Assembly: GCA_963764625.1 (NCBI GenBank) | Contig: CAVXTH010000006.1 | Location: forward strand, 704,001-768,000 | From: Candidatus Krumholzibacteriota bacterium | GTDB taxonomy: Bacteria; Krumholzibacteriota; Krumholzibacteriia; JAJRXK01 | DNA: 64,000 nucleotides | Direction: 5' to 3' | In this document: positions 7,687 through 16,159 of the stretch, in pieces | Layout: each line of letters opens with the position of its first letter | How positions within the stretch are numbered: the first letter of the stretch is position 1 | Made by a program: the position numbers and the translations under genes | The notes under the pieces: generated by a model | Databases searched by the model: none | Seen by the model: only the letters and a program-made list of their open reading frames with translations | Told to the model about the DNA's origin: nothing

Positions 7687-9606
7687 ATGGGCAAGATCAT
7701 CGGGATCGACCTGGGCACCACGAACAGCTGCGTAGCTGTGGTGGAAGGCTCGGAGGTCAAAGTCATCACCAACACCGAAGGGCAGAAGACCACGCCCTCG
7801 GTCGTGGGGTGGAACAAAGAGGGCAACCGCCTGGTCGGTGTGGTCGCCAAGCGCCAGGCGGTCACGCAGCCCGAGCATACGATCTATTCCATCAAGCGAT
7901 TCATGGGACGACAGTTCAACGAGGTCGCGGACGAAATCAGCGAAGTGCCCTACGAGCTCATCGAGGGCCCTGGCGGCAAGGTCGTGGTGAAAACCCCCTC
8001 GGGAGAATTTACTCCGCCGGAGATTTCCGCCGTGATTCTGCAGAAAATGAAGGAAACCGCGGAGAGCTATCTGGGTGAGCCGGTCACCGAAGCGGTGATC
8101 ACGGTTCCCGCGTATTTCAACGACTCCCAGCGCCAGGCCACCAAGGACGCGGGGCGTATCGCTGGACTCGAGGTGAAGCGCATCATCAACGAGCCCACCG
8201 CCGCCGCGCTGGCCTATGGACTCGACAAAAAGAAAAATGAAACGGTGGCGGTGTTCGACCTCGGGGGTGGAACTTTCGACATCTCGATTCTGGATCTCGG
8301 GGAAGGGGTCTTCGAAGTCAAGTCGACCAATGGGGACACTCACCTCGGTGGAGATGATTTCGATCAGGCCGTCATCAATTGGCTGGTCAAGGAATTCAAA
8401 TCGGCGGAAGGCATCGATCTGTCCTTGGACAGCATGGCGATGCAGCGCTTGAAGGAAGCAGCCGAGCGCGCCAAGTGCGAGCTCTCCAGCTCGAGTCAGA
8501 CCGAAATCAATCTTCCCTTCATCACCGCCGACGCGAGCGGCCCCAAGCATCTGGTGCAGACCCTCACGCGTTCACGCTTCGAGCAACTAGTCGACGACCT
8601 GGTGGCGCGCACGGTGGGCCCCTGCCAGAAAGCGATCAAGGACGCAGGTCTCTCGACCTCCGACATCGACGAGGTCATTCTCGTCGGGGGTTCGACCCGC
8701 ATGCCGGTGATCCAGGAGAAGGTGAAGAGCCTCTTCGGAAGGGACCCGAATCACTCGGTCAATCCCGACGAGTGCGTGGCCATGGGGGCCGCGATTCAAG
8801 GTGGCGTGCTTTCGGGCGAGTCTCATCTGAGCGACGTCGTGCTGCTGGATGTTACCCCCCTGAGTCTGGGAATCGAGACCCTCGGTGGCGTCATGACCAA
8901 GCTCATCGAGCGGAATACCACGATCCCGACCAAGAAGTCGCAGACCTTCTCCACCGCCGACGACAATCAGAGCGTGGTCGAAATCCACGTGCTGCAAGGC
9001 GAACGCGAGATGGCCTCGGTCAACAAATCGATCGGTCGCTTCCAACTCACGGGCATTCCGCCCGCGCCGCGTGGCATTCCGCAGATCGAAGTCAGCTTCG
9101 ACATCGACGCGGACGGCATTCTCAACGTCAATGCGAAGGACAAAGCCACCGGCAAGGAGCAGAGCATCGTCATTCAGGCGTCGAGTGGACTGGACGAATC
9201 GGAAATCGAGAGGATGGTCGAGGACGCCAAGTCCCACGCCGACGAAGATAAGAAGCGGCGCGAGAAAGTGGACGCCAAGAACCAGGCGGATTCCCTACTC
9301 TACCAGGCGCGAAAGCTGCTGAGCGAGACGGGCGAGAAAATCCAGGGTGGCACGAAGGAAGAGGTGGAGAAGGCGATCTCCGAACTCGAAGCCGTGAAGG
9401 ACGGGGAGGACCTGGCCGCCATCTCGAGCCGGACCAAGGCCCTCAGCGATGCGCTCCAGAAGGCCGGGACGGAGGCCTACCAGGAAGCCTCGGCCGCCCA
9501 AGGTGAATCGGCACAGGGGCAAACGGAAGGCCAGGCCGAGAGCGGAAACGGCTCATCCGAGCCGGTCGACGCCGATTTCGAGGTGGTCGACGAGGAGAAA
9601 CCCTGA
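7687..9606 (+). CDS. dnaK: Chaperone DnaK (Hsp70)
   Basis: [46 protein letters not shown], terminal DADFEVVD. Confidence 0.99.
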   Translation: MGKIIGIDLGTTNSCVAVVEGSEVKVITNTEGQKTTPSVVGWNKEGNRLVGVVAKRQAVTQPEHTIYSIKRFMGRQFNEVADEISEVPYELIEGPGGKVVVKTPSGEFTPPEISAVILQKMKETAESYLGEPVTEAVITVPAYFNDSQRQATKDAGRIAGLEVKRIINEPTAAALAYGLDKKKNETVAVFDLGGGTFDISILDLGEGVFEVKSTNGDTHLGGDDFDQAVINWLVKEFKSAEGIDLSLDSMAMQRLKEAAERAKCELSSSSQTEINLPFITADASGPKHLVQTLTRSRFEQLVDDLVARTVGPCQKAIKDAGLSTSDIDEVILVGGSTRMPVIQEKVKSLFGRDPNHSVNPDECVAMGAAIQGGVLSGESHLSDVVLLDVTPLSLGIETLGGVMTKLIERNTTIPTKKSQTFSTADDNQSVVEIHVLQGEREMASVNKSIGRFQLTGIPPAPRGIPQIEVSFDIDADGILNVNAKDKATGKEQSIVIQASSGLDESEIERMVEDAKSHADEDKKRREKVDAKNQADSLLYQARKLLSETGEKIQGGTKEEVEKAISELEAVKDGEDLAAISSRTKALSDALQKAGTEAYQEASAAQGESAQGQTEGQAESGNGSSEPVDADFEVVDEEKP

Positions 9607-9646
9607 GCGGGCCGACCCAAGCTCGCTCGTCCAGACACCCGGTCGG

Positions 9647-9676
9647 TTGACACGGGCCGGGGACATGGTTCACAAT
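9647..9676 (+). promoter_or_regulatory. sigma70-type promoter upstream of sigma factor gene
   Basis: TTGACA-18nt-CACAAT. Confidence 0.55.
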
Positions 9677-9927
9677 CTCTCCGCGAGTTCTCCCACAACA
9701 GGTTCCGCCTGAGAGCGGACCCGATCCCGGCGTACACGGCATCATCGCCGGGAACTGCTTCCTGGGAATGACGTAGGAGAAGAGAGCCTTCACGGTCAAG
9801 GGCCGCCTGGGGTCGCTTAGGATCCCGGGGCTCCTGTGTCGAATGGCTAGGATGGAGGCAATGGGAGTGTCGCTGTCGAGTTTGCAGGGAGACGCGGAAA
9901 AGCTGGCGTCCCAAGGTGGAGGAAACA

Positions 9928-10785
9928 ATGTATGAAGTCGAGCGGAGCCCTGATCGTCGGCAGGATCAGGCGCTTCAGCATTATCTGAAGGTGATTGGCC
10001 GCTACCCCTTGCTCACCAAGGAGCAGGAGTTCGAGCTCGCCTTCCGCATTCGGGGCGGCGACGAACCGGCGTTGGAGAAGCTGGTCTACTCCAATCTCCG
10101 TTTCGTGGTGAGTGTGGCGAAGCGTTACGTGGGCCACGGGCTCTCCTTCCTCGATCTCATCGCGGAAGGCAACATGGGGCTCATCACCGCAGCTCATCGT
10201 TTCGATGAGCGACGGAACTTCCGTTTCATCTCGTACGCAGTGTGGTGGATTCGGCAGGCAATTCAAAAGGCTCTGGCCGAACAGACTCACACGGTTCGGT
10301 TGCCGATCAACCGCGCGCAACAGGCGCAGCGTTTGCGGAAGATCAACAACCGCATGGAACAGGAAAAGGGCGGCACGATTCCCCGGGAGGAATTGGCCAA
10401 GCAGCTCGACATTTCGGTGAGCAAGCTCAACGAGATCAACGCCGTGTTGCGTCCCCTGCTCTCGATCGACGAGAGCCTTCACGACGAAGAGTCGCAGCCC
10501 CTCCAGGAGATTCTCTCCAATCCCGACGATCCCACGCCCGAAGACGAGTTCGTCCGGGATGAGCTGCGGGACCAATTGGTGTCCGCCATGAAGAATCTCA
10601 CCTCGCGGGAACGCGACATCGTGGTGCGTTACTATGGCCTCAGCGGGGAGGAGAGCACTTCCCTCGAGGCGATCGGCGAGGACATCAACCTCTCGCGCGA
10701 ACGGGTGCGCCAGATTCGCAACGACGCGCTGAGGAAGATGCGGCATTCGGTCTCCGGAACGAACCTGACGGACTATCTCACTTGA
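9928..10785 (+). CDS. RNA polymerase sigma70-family factor (RpoD/RpoS-like, ~285 aa, lacks region 1.1)
   Basis: YLKVIGRYPLLT, SNLRFVVSVAKRY, DLIAEGNMGL, FISYAVWWIRQAI, LSRERVRQI; GGAGG SD favours ATG 9928. Confidence 0.93.
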   Translation: MYEVERSPDRRQDQALQHYLKVIGRYPLLTKEQEFELAFRIRGGDEPALEKLVYSNLRFVVSVAKRYVGHGLSFLDLIAEGNMGLITAAHRFDERRNFRFISYAVWWIRQAIQKALAEQTHTVRLPINRAQQAQRLRKINNRMEQEKGGTIPREELAKQLDISVSKLNEINAVLRPLLSIDESLHDEESQPLQEILSNPDDPTPEDEFVRDELRDQLVSAMKNLTSRERDIVVRYYGLSGEESTSLEAIGEDINLSRERVRQIRNDALRKMRHSVSGTNLTDYLT

Positions 10786-10809
10786 TCGGAAAAGAAGGTC
10801 TGGTGCGAG

Positions 10810-10839
10810 AGGCCTGTTCTTCCAGCAGGCCTTTTTTTT
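10810..10839 (+). terminator. Rho-independent terminator
   Basis: AGGCCTG-loop-CAGGCCT followed by a T run. Confidence 0.85.
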
Positions 10840-10853
10840 GAGAGAGGGTTGCC

Positions 10854-11108
10854 GTGGCGGAGGTCACTCTGGAGCTGCTCTTCTTCGCGGACGTGGCCCG
10901 CAAGACGGGGAATCGTCAGGAGACGATTTGTCTGCCTGGGGACTCGACTCTGGCCGACTTGCAGGACGAGGTCTTTCGCCGCCATCCCCAACTCAAGCCG
11001 ATGGAGCGCCATCTCGTGTGGTCGGTCGATGAAGAGGTCGCCACCCCCAAAACTCGGCTGGGCACGGCAAGTCGGGTGGGAGTGATGCCGCCCTTCAGCG
11101 GGGGTTGA
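10854..11108 (+). CDS. moaD: MoaD/ThiS sulfur carrier
   Basis: LLFFA N-terminus, C-terminal PPFSGG, adjacent to moaE. Confidence 0.9.
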   Translation: MAEVTLELLFFADVARKTGNRQETICLPGDSTLADLQDEVFRRHPQLKPMERHLVWSVDEEVATPKTRLGTASRVGVMPPFSGG

Positions 11109-11115
11109 GGCGCCG

Positions 11116-11523
11116 ATGGATCGCGTTTTCCTCAGCGACGAGACGCTCGACGTCGACGGTCTCAAAGCCAGCCTGGTGAACGGCCAGCGCGGCGCCGTGG
11201 TTAGCTTCGAGGGCAGGGTCCGCGAGACCGAAGGCAAGATGGAGCTGCGAGGAATCGACTATGAGGCCTACGCGGCCATGGCGGAGAAGCAGCTCGATGA
11301 GCTTCTGCGCCAGGCTCACGAGAAATGGCCACAGTTCGAAGCGGTGGTGGCGCATCGCAGAGGGGTCGTCGCAGTGGGGGAGTGCGCCGTGTTCATCGCG
11401 GTGGCGACCGTCCACCGTGCGGAGGCATTCGCGATCTGTCACTGGCTCATCGACGAACTCAAGGCCCGGGTACCGATCTTCAAGCGGGAGCACTTGCCCC
11501 GCGGCTCAGGCCGTCAGACTTGA
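11116..11523 (+). CDS. moaE: Molybdopterin synthase catalytic subunit
   Basis: GAVVSFEGRVR, YEAYAAMA, HRRG, HRAEAF, IDELKARVPIFKRE. Confidence 0.93.
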   Translation: MDRVFLSDETLDVDGLKASLVNGQRGAVVSFEGRVRETEGKMELRGIDYEAYAAMAEKQLDELLRQAHEKWPQFEAVVAHRRGVVAVGECAVFIAVATVHRAEAFAICHWLIDELKARVPIFKREHLPRGSGRQT

Positions 11524-11561
11524 CAGCGCAAGGGGCCTCGGATATTAATTTCGGTCCCTGG

Positions 11562-11639
11562 GGGCGATTAGCTCAGCTTGGTTAGAGCGCTTGCTTGACA
11601 TGTAAGAGGTCACTGGTTCAAGTCCAGTATCGCCCACCA
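11562..11639 (+). tRNA. tRNA-Val(GAC)
   Basis: GGGCGAT/ATCGCCC acceptor, CTTGC-TTGACAT-GTAAG, CCA; TTGACA-17-TATTAA promoter at 11520-11548. Confidence 0.96.
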
Positions 11640-11702
11640 TTTTGCTTTCCGGGAATGCGCTCCTTCGGCGGGGGCGCGCGAAGGCCGCGAGGCTGATCTC
11701 TA

Positions 11703-11728
11703 GGGTGAACCTCCGGGTTCGCCTTTTT
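11703..11728 (+). terminator. Terminator-like hairpin between tRNA-Val and thrS
   Basis: GGTGAACC-TCCG-GGTTCGCC followed by TTTTT. Confidence 0.6.
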
Positions 11729-11757
11729 CGTTCGCCGATTTTGCTGAAGGAGTGGTC

Positions 11758-13683
11758 ATGGCCGAAGCGAACGTCACTCTGAGTCTACCCGACGGAAGCG
11801 CAGTCGATGTGCCGCGCGGGAGCACGGTCCTGTCGGCCATCGCGACCATCGGCGAAGGGCTCGCCCGGGCCGCGGTCGCGGCCAAGCTCGACGGCCACTA
11901 CCAACCCCTCGACGAGACGCTCCAGGAAGACGCGCGGTTGGAAGTGGTGACGAAGAACATGGACGAAGCCCTCGACGTGCTTCGTCACAGCACCGCGCAC
12001 CTGATGGCCTACGCGATTCAGGAACTCTTCCCCGATGTGCAGTTCGCGTTCGGACCGCCGGTGGAGAACGGCTTCTATTACGACATCAGAGTGGACCGGC
12101 CGTTTTCCGAACAGGACCTCGAAAAGATCGAACAGAGAATGAAGGAGCTGGCCAAGCAGAGCTTCCCCATCGTTCGCGAAAAGATCGATCGTGACGCGGC
12201 CCTGAAGCGTTTCGGCGACCAACCCTTCAAAGTGGAGCAGATCGAGGAACTCAAAGGGCAGGAGATCTTCGCCTATCACATGGGTGAATTCACCGATCTC
12301 TGCGAAGGTCCGCACGTTGCGAACACCAAGAGCATCAAAGCGTTCAAGCTCTTGAGCGTGGCCGGCGCATACTGGCGCGGTGATGAGAACCGGGAACAAC
12401 TGCAGCGCATCTACGGCACTTCATGGTTCAGCAAGAAGGACCTGGACGCCTACCTCGAAAGGCTCGAGCAAGCCAAGCTGCGCGACCACCGGAAGCTGGG
12501 GAAAGAGCTGGATCTCTACTCTATCCAGGACGAGGCCGGCGGTGGCCTGGCCTTCTATCATCCCAAGGGTTCGGTACTGCGACACATTCTCATCGACTTC
12601 TGGAAGCGCGAGCACCTGCGGCACGGGTACCAGATGGTCGACACGCCCCACATCAGTCGGGCCGACTTGTGGCGCACCTCCGGTCACATGGATTTTTACC
12701 GCGAGAACATGTACCTGTTCGAAATCGAGGATCAGGAGTACGTGGTGAAGCCCATGAATTGCCCCGGTCACGTACTCATCTACAAACGACGCCTCTGGAG
12801 CTATCGCGACTTACCGGTGCGCTACGCCGAAATGGGAACCGTATATCGCTACGAACGCAGTGGCACTCTACACGGTATGCTCCGGGTGCGCGGCTTCACG
12901 CAGGACGACGCACACATCTTCTGCACTCCGGAACAACTCGAAGACGAAATCCTGGGCGTGCTGCGTCTCACCCGGCACATCCTCACCACTTTCGGCTTCG
13001 AGGAATTCCACGTCGAACTGAGCGTGCGTGATCCTCTCAACAAGGAGAAGTACGCCGGTAGCGACGAAGAATGGGAGAGAGCAGAACTCTCCCTCGTGAA
13101 GGCAATCGAGGCCGAGGGCCTCAGCTATCGCCGCATGGAAGGGGAGGCGGTCTTCTACGGGCCGAAGATCGACGTGAAGCTGGTCGACGCCCTGGGGCGC
13201 AAATGGCAGACCTCGACCTGCCAGTTCGATTTCAATCTGCCGCGGCGCTTCGGGGTCGAGTACGTCGACAACCACGGCGAGCGCAAAAACGTCTACATGG
13301 TTCATCGGGCCATTTTCGGCTCCCTCGAGCGCTTCATCGGAATGCTGACCGAGCAATTCGCGGGCGAGTTCCCCCTGTGGCTGGCGCCGGTGCAGGTCGC
13401 GGTTCTCCCGGTGAACGATCAGGTTCTGGGCTACGCCAAGGAGGTCGACGCGAAGCTCAAGGCCGCCGGGATCCGCAGCGAGGTCGACGCCCGCGCCGAG
13501 AAGATCGGCCGGAAGATCCGCGACTCCGAGCTGGAGAAGGTGGAATGGATGGCCATCATCGGCGAGCGGGAGCACGAGGCCCAGGGGGTCTCGGTGCGCC
13601 GGCACGGGAAGGGCGATCTGGGTCCCCAGAGCCTGGATAGCTTCATTTCTGGTCTCCTTGACGAAATCGAGGACAAGCGCTAG
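11758..13683 (+). CDS. thrS: Threonine--tRNA ligase
   Basis: TGS domain, RHSTAHL, DLCEGPH, RDHRKLG, KPMNCP, FYGPKID, HRAIFGSLERF. Confidence 0.99.
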   Translation: MAEANVTLSLPDGSAVDVPRGSTVLSAIATIGEGLARAAVAAKLDGHYQPLDETLQEDARLEVVTKNMDEALDVLRHSTAHLMAYAIQELFPDVQFAFGPPVENGFYYDIRVDRPFSEQDLEKIEQRMKELAKQSFPIVREKIDRDAALKRFGDQPFKVEQIEELKGQEIFAYHMGEFTDLCEGPHVANTKSIKAFKLLSVAGAYWRGDENREQLQRIYGTSWFSKKDLDAYLERLEQAKLRDHRKLGKELDLYSIQDEAGGGLAFYHPKGSVLRHILIDFWKREHLRHGYQMVDTPHISRADLWRTSGHMDFYRENMYLFEIEDQEYVVKPMNCPGHVLIYKRRLWSYRDLPVRYAEMGTVYRYERSGTLHGMLRVRGFTQDDAHIFCTPEQLEDEILGVLRLTRHILTTFGFEEFHVELSVRDPLNKEKYAGSDEEWERAELSLVKAIEAEGLSYRRMEGEAVFYGPKIDVKLVDALGRKWQTSTCQFDFNLPRRFGVEYVDNHGERKNVYMVHRAIFGSLERFIGMLTEQFAGEFPLWLAPVQVAVLPVNDQVLGYAKEVDAKLKAAGIRSEVDARAEKIGRKIRDSELEKVEWMAIIGEREHEAQGVSVRRHGKGDLGPQSLDSFISGLLDEIEDKR

Positions 13684-13740
13684 ATTGCACCGGACTCTCG
13701 ACCCCGGTAGCGGCCGGGGTGGAGGGCGGAAAACTTACAA

Positions 13741-13853
13741 GAAGAAGCGGTCTGCTTCTCACCCGGCGGAGGCCAAGCGTGCCACCGTCATCTAGCCGGG
13801 TTCCTGAGGCACTCTGATGGAGGGAGCAGACCATGTTGTTTGCTCCTTTTGTT
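13741..13853 (+). ncRNA. Ribosomal protein L20 leader-like attenuator
   Basis: AGAAGC-GGTCT-GCTTCTCACC motif resembling the L20 leader; mutually exclusive antiterminator and terminator helices upstream of infC-rpmI-rplT. Confidence 0.75.
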
Positions 13854-13889
13854 GTATGAGGAGCACAGTGAGACGAAGGAGGTCTCGAT

Positions 13890-14420
13890 ATCGCCAATTC
13901 GCCACCGACTCCCCAGAACCGAGTCAACTACCAAATCCGTATCCCGCAGATCCGGGTGATTGACGAAGAAGGGGAGCAGCTTGGGATCATGGAAACCAGG
14001 GACGCTCTGGAGCTGGCAATGGATCGAGGCCTGGATCTCGTAGAAATTGCCCCGACCGCGCGTCCCCCCGTTTGCCGGATCATGGACTATGGCCGTTTCA
14101 AGTACGAGGAAAGCAAGCGACAGAAGCACGCCAAGTCCAAGCAGCAGCACCAAAAGGTGAAGATGATCAAGTTCCGTCCCAAGACGGAAGATCACGATTA
14201 CACATTCAAGAAGAATCACATCCTGGAATTTCTGGCGGCGGGGGAGCGAGTCAAAGTCCTCGTCCAGTACCGGGGACGCGAGATGGCGCACAAGGAGCGA
14301 GGTATGATGGTGATCACGCGTCTGCTTCAAGACTTGGACGAAGCAGCCCTCGTGGTCGATCCTCCCAAGATGGAGGGGAATACCCTCAGCCTGATGTTGA
14401 TGCCGCCGAGCAAGAAGTAG
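13890..14420 (+). CDS. infC: Translation initiation factor IF-3, non-canonical ATC start
   Basis: AAGGAGG 7 nt before ATC; in-frame [38 protein letters not shown]. Confidence 0.96.
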   Translation: MANSPPTPQNRVNYQIRIPQIRVIDEEGEQLGIMETRDALELAMDRGLDLVEIAPTARPPVCRIMDYGRFKYEESKRQKHAKSKQQHQKVKMIKFRPKTEDHDYTFKKNHILEFLAAGERVKVLVQYRGREMAHKERGMMVITRLLQDLDEAALVVDPPKMEGNTLSLMLMPPSKK

Positions 14421-14484
14421 AAATGGCGAGGAACGCGAGCCGTCATGGCTTCGCGCGACGTTCTTCCAGACGCAGGAGGGCGAG

Positions 14485-14682
14485 ATGCCCAAGATGAAAA
14501 GTAATCGGGCCGCGGCCAAGCGGTTCCGGCGAACCGGCAGCGGCAAGATCCGTCGTCAGAAGGCCTTCCACGGCCACATATTCACGAAGAAGACCACCAA
14601 GAGGAAGCGGAATCTACGCCGGTTGACCCTTGTAGCCTCGGTGGATGAGAGCCGGGTCAAGAAGATGCTGGCAGGCGGTTAG
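14485..14682 (+). CDS. rpmI: 50S ribosomal protein L35
   Basis: [21 protein letters not shown]. Confidence 0.98.
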   Translation: MPKMKSNRAAAKRFRRTGSGKIRRQKAFHGHIFTKKTTKRKRNLRRLTLVASVDESRVKKMLAGG

Positions 14683-14712
14683 GCGCACAGAGTTCATCAG
14701 GAAGGTTCGATC

Positions 14713-15066
14713 ATGTCACGAGCAACGAACAACCCCGCAAGCCGCGCGCGTCGGAAGAAGGTTCTCGAGAGAGCGCGCGGGTACTACGGTGGACGCAGCA
14801 AGCTGAATCGAAGTGCGCAGGAGACCGTCGATCGCGCTCTGGTCTACGCCTACCGCGACCGGCGCAACAAGAAGCGGGATTTTCGACGGCTGTGGATCAC
14901 TAGAATCAACGCGGCCGCGCGCATTCACGGGCTCAACTACAGCCGCCTCATCTGCGGACTGAAGGCGGCCAAGGTGGAAATCGACCGAAAGATTCTCGCC
15001 GACCTCGCGGTTCGGGACGAGCAGAGCTTCGCGAAGATTGCTGAACTCGCGAAGGCCCACCTCTGA
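14713..15066 (+). CDS. rplT: 50S ribosomal protein L20
   Basis: [32 protein letters not shown]. Confidence 0.98.
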   Translation: MSRATNNPASRARRKKVLERARGYYGGRSKLNRSAQETVDRALVYAYRDRRNKKRDFRRLWITRINAAARIHGLNYSRLICGLKAAKVEIDRKILADLAVRDEQSFAKIAELAKAHL

Positions 15067-15096
15067 TCGTCGCGGTATCGAGAGCAAGAGATTCGC

Positions 15097-15132
15097 GCCG
15101 CCCCGGGCCCAGCTGGCTTCGGGGCGGTCTTT
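15097..15132 (+). terminator. Terminator-like hairpin after rplT
   Basis: GCCGCCCCG...CGGGGCGGT followed by CTTT. Confidence 0.55.
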
Positions 15133-15148
15133 GGTGGGGGAGGATGGA

Positions 15149-16144
15149 ATGCAGGAGAGAATCGAGCAGATTCTGCGCGAGGCTCTCGCGGCGATCCGCG
15201 AAGCCCGAGACGAGTCGAGTCTGGAGGACACCCGGATCCGCTACCTGGGCCGTAAGGGGACTCTGACCTCACTCCTCCGCGGCTTGAAGGAACTGTCGGC
15301 CGAGGAGCGGCCCAAAGTGGGCCAGACGATGAACGCGGCCAAGGAGGAGCTCACCGGCGCCCTGACACAGCGGCGTGCGGAGCTCGAGTCGCAACGGTCG
15401 GAATCGGTGGCAGCCTGGGACCTGAGCTTGCCGGGCCGCAGACCCCACGCGGGAAGCCGGCACCTCATCCAGCAGACCATCGAACGAATCTGCGACATCT
15501 TCCACGGCATGGGATATTCGCGCGCCGATGGTCCCGACGTCGAGCTGGATGCCCTGAATTTCACCGCGCTGAATTTCCCGGATGACCACCCGAGTCGCGA
15601 TCTTCAGGACACCTTCTACGTGAACGATGAAGTGGTGCTGCGAACCCAGACCTCGCCGGTTCAGGTGCGGTACATGCGCGCGCACACGCCTCCCATCGCC
15701 ATTCTCTCGCCGGGCCGCGTGTATCGACAGGAGCAGCCCGACGCAAGCCATGCCGCCGAGTTCCATCAAATCGAGGGACTCTTCGTGGACAAGGCAGTAT
15801 CGATGGCGGACTTGAAAGCGACCGTTTTCGCCTTCGTCAGAGCCTTCCGCGGCGAAGAGAATCCGCGCCTGCGCTTTCGCCCTCACTTCTTTCCCTTCAC
15901 CGAACCGAGCGTGGAAGTCGATCTCTGGTGGGAGACCGAGGGGAAAGGACAGTGGTTGGAGATCATGGGAGCGGGCATGGTTCATCCGCACGTTTTCGAG
16001 AACTGCGGCTACGGGCCTGACGAGTACACGGGTTTCGCCTTCGGAATGGGCATCGACCGTTTGGCCATGGTGAACGCCGCAATTCCCGACATCCGACTGC
16101 TGCACGAGAACGACCTTCGTTTTCTCTCCCAGTTTCCATCCTGA
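15149..16144 (+). CDS. pheS: Phenylalanine--tRNA ligase alpha subunit
   Basis: HPSRDLQDTFY, LRTQTSPVQ, FPFTEPS, GFAFGMGIDRL. Confidence 0.98.
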   Translation: MQERIEQILREALAAIREARDESSLEDTRIRYLGRKGTLTSLLRGLKELSAEERPKVGQTMNAAKEELTGALTQRRAELESQRSESVAAWDLSLPGRRPHAGSRHLIQQTIERICDIFHGMGYSRADGPDVELDALNFTALNFPDDHPSRDLQDTFYVNDEVVLRTQTSPVQVRYMRAHTPPIAILSPGRVYRQEQPDASHAAEFHQIEGLFVDKAVSMADLKATVFAFVRAFRGEENPRLRFRPHFFPFTEPSVEVDLWWETEGKGQWLEIMGAGMVHPHVFENCGYGPDEYTGFAFGMGIDRLAMVNAAIPDIRLLHENDLRFLSQFPS

Positions 16145-16159
16145 GTCGAGGAGTCCATC

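Noticed and set aside
9700-9760. CTGAGA...ACCCG resembling a TPP riboswitch; Moco- or fluoride-like fragments near 9857-9915
   Set aside because: Required motifs are absent (ACCTGAT for TPP; CTAATGA/CTGATGA for fluoride), so it is kept only as an unknown structured leader
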